From contig OZ024764.1 of the NCBI GenBank assembly GCA_964016885.1, positions 13,330,001 through 13,394,000 of the forward strand: a DNA stretch of 64,000 nucleotides, written 5' to 3'. The stretch comes from Eledone cirrhosa (taxonomy: Eukaryota). The stretch's first letter is position 1. Every line of letters begins with the position of its first letter. The notes beneath the pieces were generated by a model. It saw only the letters and a list, made by a program, of their open reading frames with translations. It ran no database searches and had not been told where the DNA came from. Positions 1 to 13,131 of this stretch are shown here, piece after piece. Position numbers and translations under genes: made by a program.

Positions 1-510
1 TAATAGAGAAGACCCGCCTTACCTAAATACAAAGTAAAAACCTACTACAGTCAGTAGGCATCTCTATCAAAACACACCCCCGTCCCACCACCTCCACCCC
101 ACCCACACCGCCCCTTTCAATGTAAAGTTATGTTGGTCCCACAACATCCAGGCCGAAACAAATGAGATTGTGTAGGAGTCACGACAAAAAACACACAGTC
201 CACGCTGTAAATGTGGCCGTGTAGGCAACACGGTAAAAACCTCCCAGCCCCACACTGTAAATGTGGTTGGTGTTAGGAAGGGCATCCAGCTGTAGAAAAC
301 CCGCCAGACAGTCCACGCTGTAATGTGGCCGTGTAGGCAACACGGTAAAAACCTCCCAGCCCCACACTGTAAATGTGGTTGGTGTTAGGAAGGGCATCCA
401 ACTGTAGAAAACCCGCCAGACAGTCCTATGCGAGCAAGACAACCACTCTTGCCTCAAGTGGGAAAACCCCCGTCCAAACCCATGCAAGCGTGGAACACGG
501 ACGCTAAACC

Positions 511-541
<31 letters not shown>
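1..541 (+). mobile_element. 3' end of RTE-clade LINE (last ORF codons IEKTRLT*, 3' UTR, (GAT)n tail)
   Basis: Reverse-complement match to 1611-2000; internal ~95-bp duplication; ends in (GAT)n. Confidence 0.8.
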
Positions 542-542
<1 letters not shown>

Positions 543-622
543 CAGTGGTTAGAGCATTGGGCTTGCAAGTCGATGTTGTTACGGTATGTCGAATCTATTT
601 ATCTATAAAACTGTTTATATTG

Positions 623-688
623 TATTTTGTCTGAGGAAGGCATAGCATATTGTTAATATGATATCCCTGAAATATATATAATGAAATA
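623..688 (+). ncRNA. Type I hammerhead ribozyme motif (Penelope pLTR remnant)
   Basis: Stem I tattttgt/atgaaata, CUGAGGA, stem II agg..catatt/aatatg..cct, GAAA, palindromic stem III AUAUAUAU, AUA site. Confidence 0.6.
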
Positions 689-725
689 AATATGGTTTTA
701 TAAATATAGTTTCCATTTATTTAAT

Positions 726-729
<4 letters not shown>

Positions 730-791
<62 letters not shown>

Positions 792-830
792 AAAACAAGT
801 AAAATATAAAATATACATCGATATACATAC

Positions 831-867
<37 letters not shown>

Positions 868-1054
868 TATACATACATATACATACATACACATACATAT
901 ACATACACACACCATATAAATACACATACACACACGCATACATATAGAGACACATACATATACACATATAAATACATAGACATATACACATATACACACA
1001 TATATATATAAACATACACACATACACATATATATATACATTCACAACACACAC

Positions 1055-1124
<70 letters not shown>

Positions 1125-1610
1125 CTACACACATATATAAACACACTCATGTATATACACACATACACATACATACCCACACATATATATATATATATAT
1201 ATACATATACACATATATATATATATATATACACACATACATACACACACATATACATACACAAAGATATATATACATACACACACACATATAATAAATA
1301 TATATATATATATATATACACACACATATATACACATACACACACACACATACATACTCATACATACATATATATTCACATACATACACATACATATACG
1401 CATATATACACATACATACACATCCATGTATGCGTATATACATACAAACACCACCACACGCTCACACAACTCAGACATACATAAATAAAGGGATATACAT
1501 ACATATATAAATAGAGATACATATACACATATAAATATATACACACGTACACACACACACACATACATACATATATATACACACACACATATATACATAT
1601 ATATATATAT
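730..1610. repeat. Aperiodic TA/CA dinucleotide tract; inverted copy of ~7000-7930 (Penelope terminal region)
   Basis: Same non-periodic interruptions (catcgatatac, caaacaccaccacacgctcacacaactcagac) occur reverse-complemented at 7000-7930. Confidence 0.75.
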
Positions 1611-3068
1611 CATCATCATCATCATCATCAACGTTTAACGTCCGTGTTCCACGCTTGCATGGGTTTGGACGGGGGTAGTCCCACTTGAGGCAAGAGTGAT
1701 TGTCTTGCTCGCATAGGACTGTCTGGCAGGTTTTCTACAGTTGGATGCCCTTCCTAACACCAACCACATTTACAGTGTGGGTCTGGGAGGTTTTTACCGT
1801 GTTGCCTACACGGCCACATTACAGCGTGGACTGTGTGTTTTTTTGTCGTGACACCTACACGATCTCATTTGTTTCGGCCTGGATGGCGCGGCACCAACAT
1901 AACTTTACATAGAACGGGGTGGTGTGGATGGGGTGGGGGTGGTGGCGGGACGGGGTGTATTTTGTTAGAGATGCCTACTGGCAAGGCGGGTCTTCTCTGT
2001 TACTGAGTACCGCCAAAGGTCTCGGTCCAGTGACATTGTCTTGGAGAGGTGTAAGTGTGTGAGGTCGGAGTTTATCAGCTCATCCCATGTTTTTCTAGGT
2101 CTGCCTATTCCGTGGCTACCGTCTATCTTTATTGCCCTGCACTTTGTTATACAGCTATCGACTTTCATGCGCATCACGTGTCCATACCAACGCAGCCTTC
2201 TCTCGAGTAAACAACATCTGATCCCTCTTATCTCTAATTTTTTCCTTAGTTCGTTTATGCTTTGCCGTTCACGTATATTACTGTTACACATCCAGCGGAG
2301 CATGCAAGCTTCGTTCCTCTCTAGTCTGCGTATATCCTCTGCACACAATGCCCAGGTCTCACTACCATGCAACATTGCTGTTCGTATGCAGGCATCGTAC
2401 AACCTGCCTTTCATTTTTAGGGAGAACCCTTTAGCAGCTAATAGTGGTATAAGCTCTCTGAACTTTTTCCAACCAGTTCTGACTCTAGCTACAGTACTTT
2501 CAGAGCACCCTCCCCCACTGCTGATTTTATCGCCCAGGTAACGGAAGCTGTCCACTATTTCTATAGAACCCTCTGCGCAATTGAAAGAGCTAGTATTTTG
2601 TGGGCACTTGCTGCTACTTATTGCACCAGAACACCGGCCACATGTAAAATCTATGTTCTTAGTTAGCTTACCTGTGATCCCACTACATCTTTTATGCACC
2701 CATACTTTGCATTTAGGACATAAAATGGAGTTTCTACCTACGCCTTTCCTACACACCGAGCACGACCATTTCCCAGAAGAGACCGCCGCCTTGTTTTCTT
2801 TCCTACAAACTAGAACTTTGGTCTTAGCCAGGTTAATTTTAAGTCCTTTTGACTCTAGGCCGTGCTTCCATGTTTGGAATTTCTTCTCTAGCTCGGCCAT
2901 TGATTCCGCTATGAGTGTCAGGTCGTCTGCGTATAGGAGTTCCCATGGGCAGCCTGTCTTGAACTCCTCTGTTATAGCCTGAAGGGCAATAATAAATAGT
3001 AGGGGGCTGAGAACAGAGCCCTGATGGACGCCAACTTTTACGCTAAACTCTTCACTATATTCGTTGTT
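1611..3068 (-). mobile_element. 5'-truncated RTE-clade LINE (RT C-terminal half, ORF to stop at 1965, 3' UTR, (GAT)n tail)
   Basis: GVHQGSVLSPLLF, LLYADD, FRYLG, LHGSETW, RRLRWYGHVMR, GRPRKTW motifs; embedded C4HC3 finger; ORF N-terminus is (TA)n read-through. Confidence 0.92.
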
Positions 3069-3210
3069 AGTATATATATATATATATATATACACGTATA
3101 CATATATATACATATATATAAAAAAATAAAGAAATAAAATAAATAAATAAATAAATAAATTAATACACACAGTCAGACAAATATGCACACACATACATAT
3201 ACATATATAT

Positions 3211-3253
<43 letters not shown>

Positions 3254-3433
3254 CATATATATATATACACATACACACATCAACTACAAATATACATATT
3301 TATATATATATATATATACACACTCACATATACATGCGCACATACGTACATATATACACATACACACATATACACATAGACGTATACATGTGCATACATA
3401 TACATACACACACATACCCACATAAATACATAG

Positions 3434-3476
<43 letters not shown>

Positions 3477-4685
3477 TATATATATATACACACAATCATA
3501 CACCCTTATTTACATGCGCACATATGTATTTTTATACTCACATACAAACACCCAAACATACATACCTACCTACATATACATACATACATCCACGCTTACA
3601 AATACAAATAATAATAGGGGGGAGGGGAAAGGGGGGGAGAAGGGGATTATAGTAAATATAGGTTTCAAGAAACATAGAATATTAATCTGCATTTAGATCA
3701 TAATATGCGTTTACATAGTAGTTTCAGTATTAGGAAATGTAAGAAAGAAGGCAAAATTATGCATTTTAATATAGGTAGACTATTAATTATAGGTTAACTA
3801 AATTAAAGATAGTTAATATATTGATTTCTAAGGTGTATACTACTTAGGTTTATAATATTTGAAGCGGAATTTTGAAGTTAAATAGTAGTAGAGTATTAAT
3901 TATAGTATAACTAAATTTAAATTATTAACGTTATGGTATCAATATTAGGAAATGAATTTAGTAATAGGGAAAAAACAAATAAAGTATTACATCGGTAGTA
4001 GAATATAAATTATAGGTTAACTAAATTAAAAATTATATATTAATTTCTATAGTATATGTTAATTTGGTTTATAATAATTAAAACAGATATTGTATTTTAT
4101 CTATAGTAGAATATAATTATAGGTAAACAGAATTTAAAATTAATACATACACATATATATATATACATATACATATACATATATATATATATATATATAC
4201 ATATATATACATACATATACATATTTTTTCAAAAATTGCAAAGAATATATTAACTAGGTATACATCCAAAATCTATCTCAGTCTATGATTACAAGACACT
4301 CTGCAATCCATCTGTATTAGGATATTAATTTTAAGCCAATTAAATTAAATTTTTAGGTTAAATAAATTTAAAACCAAATTATAAATATATTTCTAAAATG
4401 TACATTAATTAGGTCTATAATATTAAAAATTATTTCTCTGTCATTGAATACACGATATTTTGTTATATTTTATCTGTAAAGGAATTTTAATAAAAGGTTA
4501 AATAAATTAAAATTAATCTATAAATTAATTTACGAAGTATATATTAGTAATATTTAAAAGTTTTTCACAATTTATGATTACACAATATTTTATAATCTCA
4601 TCTGTAGTAGAATTTTAATTAAATTAAATTTATAGGTTAACTAACATTTAAATTAAATTATATATTAATTTCTAAAATAATGTTA

Positions 4686-6608
4686 TTAATTAGGTTTATA
4701 ATATTTAAATGTTTTTCTTAGTTTATGATTACACGATATAATTAATTCCTGTCGTTTATTTAATAGGATATCCTTAGATTTCATTATTTCAAATAGTTCT
4801 TGGGAACATAATCTACATTCATTTCTATTATTTTGATAAGGGGTGGCTCTTTTGAGCACACTCCAGGTCATATCATATTCTATATTCTTATTTTTATAAC
4901 TATTGATTTTTTCTGCTAGAGATGTTGTATTAGCCAGTGCGGCATTTTTAAAACTATGTTTGTGGGTATTAAACCTTACCTTAAAATTGTTAGAAGTAGC
5001 TCCTATATATGAGCAAATAGAATCTTTAGTTTTAACATTACATTTATAAACTATGTTGTTAACAAGACAATTTCCTTTTAATGGGCAGTTTGCTTTGTTT
5101 CTACAGTTACAACCTTTCGTTAATTCTGTATTTGAGGAGATATTATGGTTAGTTTGATGTATTGGTGGTATACTTATGGTATTCTTACATTTATATGCAT
5201 TATAGGCACTTATATTTTGTTTTATGTTATTTGTTGTTGAGTATGAGAATTTAACTGTAGACCTATTTAAGATTTGATGGTATTTGTGGTTTGGCGGGAA
5301 GTTTTTCTCTAGGATATAAAAATTTTTTTTAGCAATATTATCCTTAATTTGTAAATTAAATGGAGCATTATACCAAGTAACTCGTCTATTACGGTTTCTA
5401 TGTTGTTTATTATTTTTATAGGTTGTATCGTGATGTTTACTAGGATTAATGTTAATGATCTCACCACGCACATTTTTAGTTAGATTTGTAGATTTAGGTG
5501 TTTTATCTTGTTTATTAGGAGTTTTATTATTAACATTTATTAGAGTTGTATGATGAGTAGTTTTTTGAGAGTTACTATACTTTATATTAGAAGAGTTGTT
5601 GGTATTTTGGGGTATAGTGTGGGTGGCATTTAGGTGTGTACTTTTCATTTGGTGTTTGTTGGTAATATTAGGTTGTATGTTTATAGTATTTTTAGTAGAA
5701 GGTATATATTCTAATCTATTTTTGTGCCCACTTCTATCTAGAGCTTCGTTATAGGTCGCATTTTTATCAAATACATCTTGGTTAGAAGAAAGGTTAGAAA
5801 TTCTAAGTGATATATTATATGCAAGGTTTTTAAGGATAGATTTAGGGTGATTAGATTGTGAGTGTATGTAGTGTAAGTTTTGGTTGGGTTTATGGTAAGG
5901 TTGGTAGATACCCGTAGCTAAGTCTAAAGTTATATCTAGGAAATTTACTACTTTACTTGTTTTTTCAAAAGTAATATGAAGACTATAATAGTCTTTAAGG
6001 AAAGTTCTAATATGCTTTTTGTTTTTTTCTATTTCTGAAAGGCTAAGGTTGTTGGAAAGAAGAAGACAGTCATCACGATATAAACCACCTTTAAGGTGGG
6101 GAAAGGAGGCATTTATGTTGAAAAGGAGAAAGAGGCCCACAAGATCAGTAATTTGGGCGGAATCGCTTGAACCCATAGTAATATCAAATAGATTACTATA
6201 TGTGTTTCTGGTCCAGTATTCATTCTGAAATTCAATAAGTGTTAGTCTAGCATGTGTAATAATATTAATGTCATCCAAAGTTAAGTTAGATCTATTTTTA
6301 GCAAATATCAATGCTTTGTTCAGGAGTATAGGTGATATAGAAGAATAGTAATTATCTATATCAAATTGTAGAAATGAAGCAGAAGATTTACATCTAATAT
6401 TTTTAAACCAGTTAATTACCTGGGAAGTGTTTTCCCAGAGTGGTAAAATAACGTGTTTTCTTATTTGTGGGATGACTCTATCCAAAATTTTTTTGCTAAT
6501 TATTCCAATATCAGATTTGGAGGGACATATAAGTCTTATAGAAGGATTTGAGTTAAAGTTTGATTTATGATAGAAGGATTTGAGTTAAAGTTTGATTTAT
6601 GATCCTTC
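4686..6608 (-). pseudogene. Penelope-like polyprotein: reverse transcriptase, Cys-rich linker, GIY-YIG endonuclease (5'-truncated; frameshift at 6538-6601)
   Basis: KDHK..IRLICPSKSDIG, FDIDNYYSSI, ITMGS, GLYRDD, VNFLDITLDL, YHKPN, SNHP; CNC..CPL.G.C linker; IVYKC..YIGATS..FKVRF..H; 32-bp duplication breaks the frame upstream of 6537. Confidence 0.9.
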
Positions 6609-6650
<42 letters not shown>

Positions 6651-6824
6651 ATGTATTTATGTGGGTATGTGTGTGTATGTATATGTATGCACATGTATAC
6701 GTCTATGTGTATATGTGTGTATGTGTATATATGTACGTATGTGCGCATGTATATGAGTGTGTATATATATATATATAAATATATATATTTGTAGTTGATG
6801 TGTGTATGTGTATATATATATATG

Positions 6825-6873
<49 letters not shown>

Positions 6874-6978
6874 ATATATATGTATATGTGTGCATATTTG
6901 TCTGACTGTGTGTATTAATTTATTTATTTCTTTCTTTTATTTCTTTATTTTTTTATATATATGTATATATATGTATAC

Positions 6979-7024
<46 letters not shown>

Positions 7025-7431
7025 ATATATATGTATGTGTGTATGTATGTGTGTGTGTGTACGTGTGTATATATTTATATGTGTATATGTATCTCTATTT
7101 ATATATGTATATATGTGTATGTATATCCCTTTATTTATGTATGTCTGAGTTGTGTGAGCGTGTGTATATGTATGTGTGTGTGTGTGTGTGTACGTGTGTA
7201 TATATTTATATGTGTATATGTATCTCTATTTATATATGTATATATGTGTATGTATATCCCTTTATTTATGTATGTCTGAGTTGTGTGAGCGTGTGGTGGT
7301 GTTTGTATGTATATACGCATACATGGATGTGTATGTATGTGTATATATGCATATATGTATGTGTGTATGTATGTGAATATATATGTATGTCTATGTATGA
7401 GTATGTATGTGTGTGTGTGTATGTGTATATA

Positions 7432-7472
<41 letters not shown>

Positions 7473-7525
7473 TATATGTGTGTGTGTATGTATATATATC
7501 TTTGTATATGTGTATGTGTGTGTAT

Positions 7526-7557
<32 letters not shown>

Positions 7558-7911
7558 GTGTATATGTATATATATATATATATATATGTGTGGGTATGTA
7601 TGTGTATGTGTGTATATACATGAGTGTGTTTATATATGTGTGTAGATATGTGTATATATATATATATATATGTGTGTGTTGTGAATGTGTATATATATGT
7701 GTATGTGTGTATGTTTATATATATATGTGTGTATATGTGTATATGTCTATGTATTTATATGTGTATATGTATGTGTCTCTATATGTATGCGTGTGTGTAT
7801 GTGTATGTGTATTTATATGGTGTGTGTATGTATATGTATGTGTATGTATGTGTGTATGTATATGTATGTATATATATGTATATGTATGTATATCGATGTA
7901 TATTTTATATA

Positions 7912-7983
<72 letters not shown>

Positions 7984-8601
7984 CTTAATATATTTCTTTT
8001 TTCTTTTTCTTTTTATTTCTAAATTTATAGATACATTTATAAATAGGCAGCTTGCTGACACCGCTAAATACTGACCTCTTCTCTCCCCCCCCCCCCCCCC
8101 CCACCTACTTTCTGTATCTGGATCTAAATATGTGTGGCAGTGTTTATGTGCGCGCATTAATGTCCATATGCTTATGATAATAGTATATACACATATATGT
8201 GTGTGGGGGTGTGTGTGTGTATGTATGTTCGTGGTTGTGTGTATGTTTATGCGTATACGCGCGTGTGTGTGTGAATGTACGTATATGTGTGAGTATATGA
8301 ATGTGTGTATATATTTATTATTTTTTTATTTTTATATTTATATGTTTATATGAGTATACGTATTTTATCTGTAGATTATAAACATACAGAGACATTAGCC
8401 TTGAATTTTTGTATTTACATACATCTTTTCGGCATGCGTATGCATGTGAACATATATTTTTATGCATATCTGTGAACGAAGTTACTTACATATATACACA
8501 CACCTAACTGTATAAACTTTTTGTGTTTTCATTGGTCAATTTGAACTCTGTTCCCAAACAGACCTGTAATTTTGAATTGTTGTTATTATCAATAAATATA
8601 T

Positions 8602-8755
8602 TTCATTATTTCTGAAGACGGCATATATATGTGTTGGTATGTATATTTAATTTTGATAGTTTGTATAATTTTGTATAATTTTGTACATAGATCTGTTGAA
8701 TATGCATGCCAATTCTAACACATATATATCCTAGAAACGATCGTTAAATAATGAA
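8602..8755 (+). ncRNA. Type I hammerhead ribozyme motif with ~115-nt stem II
   Basis: 10-bp stem I ttcattattt/aaataatgaa, CUGAAGA, stem II atatatatgtgttgg/ctaacacatatatat, GAAA, palindromic stem III ACGAUCGU, GUU site. Confidence 0.75.
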
Positions 8756-8809
8756 CTTTTTTTGTTTAATATAAGGAACTGTTTCATTGTTTTATTCATT
8801 ATTTTTTTA

Positions 8810-8841
<32 letters not shown>

Positions 8842-9129
8842 AGCAAAGAGATATTCAATTTGTTGGTAATTCAACAAATTTATTTATAACAGATTCGAAG
8901 CAACAAATTTATTTATAACAGTTTCCTGGAGTATAATTTTAATCTGTAGTATATATTTCACTTGTTCACATTTTATATGTCTTCACTATGCTTCTGTGAT
9001 TTTTAAATATTTTTCTTTTTATGTAACATTTTTACAAATGATATTTTTCTTAATGGTTTTTTTAATTGATATTTTGAAATATATCCTTTTTTGTGATAGT
9101 TTCTAAATACACTCATGGTGACTGTAATA

Positions 9130-9742
9130 AATTTTTCACGCTCAGAGTTGCTGCAGCATGGAACAAACCACCTGCATCAGTTGTTAGCTGTCTAGACACT
9201 GCATCCTTTAAAACCTCTATGGAACAAACTACCTGCATCAGTTGTTCGCTGTTGACACACTGCATCCTTTAAAACCTCCATCAGTTGTTAGCTGTCTAGA
9301 CACTGCATCCTTTAAAACCTCCATGGAACAAACTACCTGCATCAGTTTAGATGTCGAGACACTACATCCTTTAAAACCTCCATGGAACAAACTCCCTACA
9401 TCAGTTGTTAGCTGTCGAGACACTGCATCTTTTAAAACCTCCATGGAACAAACTACCTGCATCAGTTGTTAGCTGTCTAGACACTGCATCCTTTAAAACC
9501 TCCATGGAACAAACTACCTGCATCAGTTGTTAGCTGTCGAGACACTGCATCCTTTAAAACCTCCATGCTTCCCGAGATTAGCCAACACTACACCTAATGT
9601 TCCCCCTCCATACACATGCACACATGTATATCATGACTAATACACTATTCACTTCCCTGACATTTGTACATTATTCTATGTACTATACATACACCTTTCA
9701 CGAGTTGTAGTGCACCTGAGCACTTTACACAATAATTTCATT
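9130..9742 (+). mobile_element. CR1-type LINE 3' fragment with internal ~60-bp tandem expansion
   Basis: FFTLRVAAAWNK.PASVV repeated about 7x; 3' UTR matches the reverse complement of 15270-15410. Confidence 0.75.
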
Positions 9743-9844
9743 TCATTCTTACGGGGTCGATAAAATAAAGTACCAGTAATACACTGGTAATTGCTGGCCT
9801 TGTGCCAAAAGTAGAAACAATTATTATTAATTATTAATTAAATT

Positions 9845-10768
9845 AATTGACCAGGTCATGAAGGTCACTGAAAAAGTAATAGCGCAACTAATCAGAGAGC
9901 GAATTGATCTAGATGAAATGCAGCTCGGGTTTGTGTCAGGTAAAAGTACCACAGACACTCTTTTCATTGTACGACAACTACAGGAGAAGTACCTAGCTAA
10001 AAGTAAACCCCTCTACTTAGCTTTTGTAGACCTGGAGAAAGCCTTTGACAGAGTCCCCCGCTCCATTATCTGGTGGGCTCTTAGAAAACTAGGTGTAGAT
10101 GAATGGCTTGTGAGAGCTATACAAGCCATGTATAAAGAAACAGTCAGCAAGGTTAGAATTAACAACGAATATAGTGAAGAGTTTAGCTTAAAAGTTGGTG
10201 TTCATCAGGGCTCCGTCCTTAGCCCCCTCCTATTTATTATTGCCCTCCAAGCTATAACGGAGGAGTTCAAGACCGGCTGCCCATGGGAACTTCTATACGC
10301 AGATGATCTAACATTCATAGCTGAATCAATGGCTGAACTCGAGAAGAAATTCTAAACATGGAAACATGGTCAAGAATCAAAAGGCCTTAAAGTTAACTTG
10401 TCTAAGACCAAAGTCCTAATATGTAGGAAGGAGAATAGGGCACTGGTCCCATCTGGGAAATGGCCATGCTCAGTGTGTAGGAAAGGAGTAGGCAGAAACT
10501 CCATTTTATGACCCAAATGCAAAGTATGGGTGCATAAAAGATGTAGTGGGATCACAGGTAAGCTAACTAAGAATATAGATTTTATAAGTGGCTGGTGCTC
10601 TGGTGCAATAAGTAGTAGCAAATGCCCACAGAATACTAGCTCATTCCATTGCCCAGATGGTTCTATAGAAATAGTGGACACCTTCCGTTACGTGGGTGAT
10701 AAAATCAGCAGTGGGGGAGGGTGCTCCGAAAGTACAGTAGCTAGAGTCTGAACGGGATGGAAAAAGTT
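9845..10768 (+). mobile_element. Degenerate RTE LINE RT fragment, same family as 1611-3068
   Basis: QLGFVSGKSTTD, FVDLEKAFDRVP, GVHQGSVLSP, YADD; in-frame stops. Confidence 0.9.
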
Positions 10769-11525
10769 CATAACATTTACATTACTCTATATATACTATT
10801 ATATTTTCATGGTAAAGGCTTTACCTCACATAACATTTATATTACTCTATATATACTATTATATTTTCACAGTAAAGGCTTTACCTCACATAACATTTAC
10901 ATTACTCTATATATACTATTGTATTTTCATGGTAAAGGCTTTACCTTACATAATATCTCACATAACATTTACATTACTCTATATATACTATTGTATTTTG
11001 AGAGTAAAGGCTTTACCTCAGATATCTCACATAACATTTACATTACTCTATATATACTATTGTATTTTGAGAGTAAAGGCTTTACCTCACAATATACCAC
11101 ATAACATTTACATTACTCTATATATACTATTGTATTTTCATGGTAAAGGCTTTACCTTACATAATATCTCACATAACATTTACATTACTCTATATATACT
11201 ATTGTATTTTGAGAGTAAAGGCTTTACCTCACATAATATCTCACATAACATTTACATTACTCTATATATACTATTGTATTTTGAGAGTAAAGGCTTTACC
11301 TCACAATATACCACATAACATTTACATTACTCTATATATACTATTGTATTTTCATGGTAAAGGCTTTACCTTACATAATATCTCACATAACATTTACATT
11401 ACTCTATATATACTATTGTATTGTCACAGTAAAGGCTTTACCTCACATAATACCTTACACAACATTTACATTACTCTATATATACTATTATATTTTCATG
11501 GTAAAGGCTTTACCTCACATAATAT
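10768..11525. repeat. 60/70/72-bp minisatellite derived from piggyBac-type MITE end
   Basis: Unit cataacatttacattactctatatatactattgtattttcatggtaaaggctttacctca; reverse complement of the 60762-62415 array. Confidence 0.9.
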
Positions 11526-11694
11526 CGAATCTATGAGATATTGATATTAATTATTTTGAGAACAATACCTTAACATAAGTATGAGCAACTGGTTATGGCT
11601 GGTTTGGACAGAAAGAGGTGAGAGAATTCTGGCCGGATATGGTCGGTTTAACCCTTCAGCCTTTACATTACTCGATATTTACTATTGTATTTTC

Positions 11695-11824
11695 ACGGTA
11701 GACTCCGAGATAGATGGTTGTATAACATCATTAACTCGGCTGGTCTTGCTTCGGGATCCACAGGGATCAATTGGAGACAGTTGCTTCTGACAGGACCCAC
11801 TGGAAGGAGTTCTTGAGGATTCCT
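11695..11824 (-). CDS. Probable exon 3 of NFATC2IP-like gene (ESSRTPSSGSCQKQLSPIDP...), running into MITE sequence
   Basis: In frame if the CAG acceptor at 11825-11827 is used; donor boundary uncertain. Confidence 0.35.
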
Positions 11825-11887
11825 CTGCATCCACCACCCTCCTAGGAATAAATGGGCAAATAAGAAGAAAAAGAAGAAATTGCTTAC

Positions 11888-12119
11888 CACTTATCTCTAT
11901 ACCGCAGGAGGCGAGATCAAGCTGAGTTGAATGGATTTTCTCAAAAGATATCTTTGCCAGTGATGAATAAACACTGACATTTTCTGTGGACTGGATTTTT
12001 GAAGGGTCTAGAATTTTCCTTTTTGTCTTACGAACCCTCTTCACGACAGGGCTTGATTCAGAATCACAGCTGGAATCCGAAGAGCGAGAATCGGACAGTT
12101 CTATGCAATCTGGAAGCTT
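11888..12119 (-). CDS. Exon 2 of probable NFATC2IP/NIP45-like gene
   Basis: Acceptor cttttcttttgtcgctcacag, donor G|gtaagc; KLPDCIELSDS..KRKILDPSKIQSTENVSVYSSLAKISF resembles the NIP45 N-terminal RR.VLDP..PVYS.KVKSSL motif as I recall it. Confidence 0.6.
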
Positions 12120-12849
12120 CTGTGAGCGACAAAAGAAAAGATATGATGCCAGTTATTCTTGTCTTACCCATTTCATTCCATATTTCTAATGAAAGACACT
12201 GTTGGTGTTTGGAACATAACTTAACAAAGGTTCTTACATAAAATTATGATGGAAGGTTTTTAGATAAATATAAACACTTTAACCCTTTCATTACCATATT
12301 TCTAATGAAAGACACTGTTGGTGTTTGGAACATAACTTAACAAAGGTTCTTACATTCGATATTATATGAAATAAAGCTTTTACTGTGAAAATACAATAGT
12401 AAATATAGAGTAATGTAAATGCTAAAGGGTTAAACGGGCCAGAATTCTCTCAATTATTTCTGTTCAAACCGGCTGTAACTGGCCACTTATACTGATGTTG
12501 AGGTATTGATCTCAAAATAAATAGCACCAAAATCTCATAGATTCAATATTATGCGAGATAATCATGAAAATACAATAGTAAATATAGAGTAATGTAAATA
12601 CTAAAAGGTTAAGGTGATTTTTTTTTTGGAACATAACTTAACAAAGGTTCTTACACAAAATTACAATGGAAAGTTTATAGATGAATATAAACAGTTTCCC
12701 ATTTCTAACGAAAGACATTTTTGAAAATAATAATTAATAAAATATAGACATATCTATATTTTTAATACATACAACGTAATATATATATACATTTAAAAGA
12801 TCCCGCCACAATATATATACAAGACTTATATATACTAAGGTCTACAAAC

Positions 12850-12918
12850 CTCGTTGAAGTCACTTAGGACTTCCCTACAATTTGTTTTGGTTCTTCTTGA
12901 AGAATTAACCCTGACCAT
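12850..12918 (-). CDS. Exon 1 (MVRVNSSRRTKTNCREVLSDFNE) of probable NFATC2IP/NIP45-like gene
   Basis: aaatATGG start, phase-0 donor GAG|gtttgt, in frame with exon 2, downstream of ETS-site cluster. Confidence 0.55.
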
Positions 12919-13033
12919 ATTTTATTTGTCTATGGCTAATATACCAAAGAAGCCGAGAAAATAATTAATTAGAAGTTAATTTTCTCCCTTTTTGGATTAG
13001 AAAACGTTGTTCTTTTCCTCCGTAATTGCTGGA

Positions 13034-13131
13034 ACCGGAAGTGGAACTCTTTTTTTAAGTGAAACCAGAAAAGTGAAACAACAAGAAAATAATGTAATCC
13101 GAATGTAGATTTTTTTAGATCGACTTCCGGT
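13034..13131 (-). promoter_or_regulatory. Housekeeping-type promoter with two ETS (CCGGAAGT) sites
   Basis: ACCGGAAGTG at 13034-13043 and ACTTCCGGT at 13123-13131 in locally CpG-rich unique sequence ~120-210 bp upstream of the ATG. Confidence 0.55.

Larger units (their letters stand above)
3070..8800 (-). mobile_element. 5'-truncated Penelope-like retroelement (Neptune-type) with inverted terminal repeat
   Basis: RT+GIY-YIG ORF; 3070-3480 and 730-1610 are mirrored at 6610-7930; hammerhead at 8602-8755. Confidence 0.8.
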
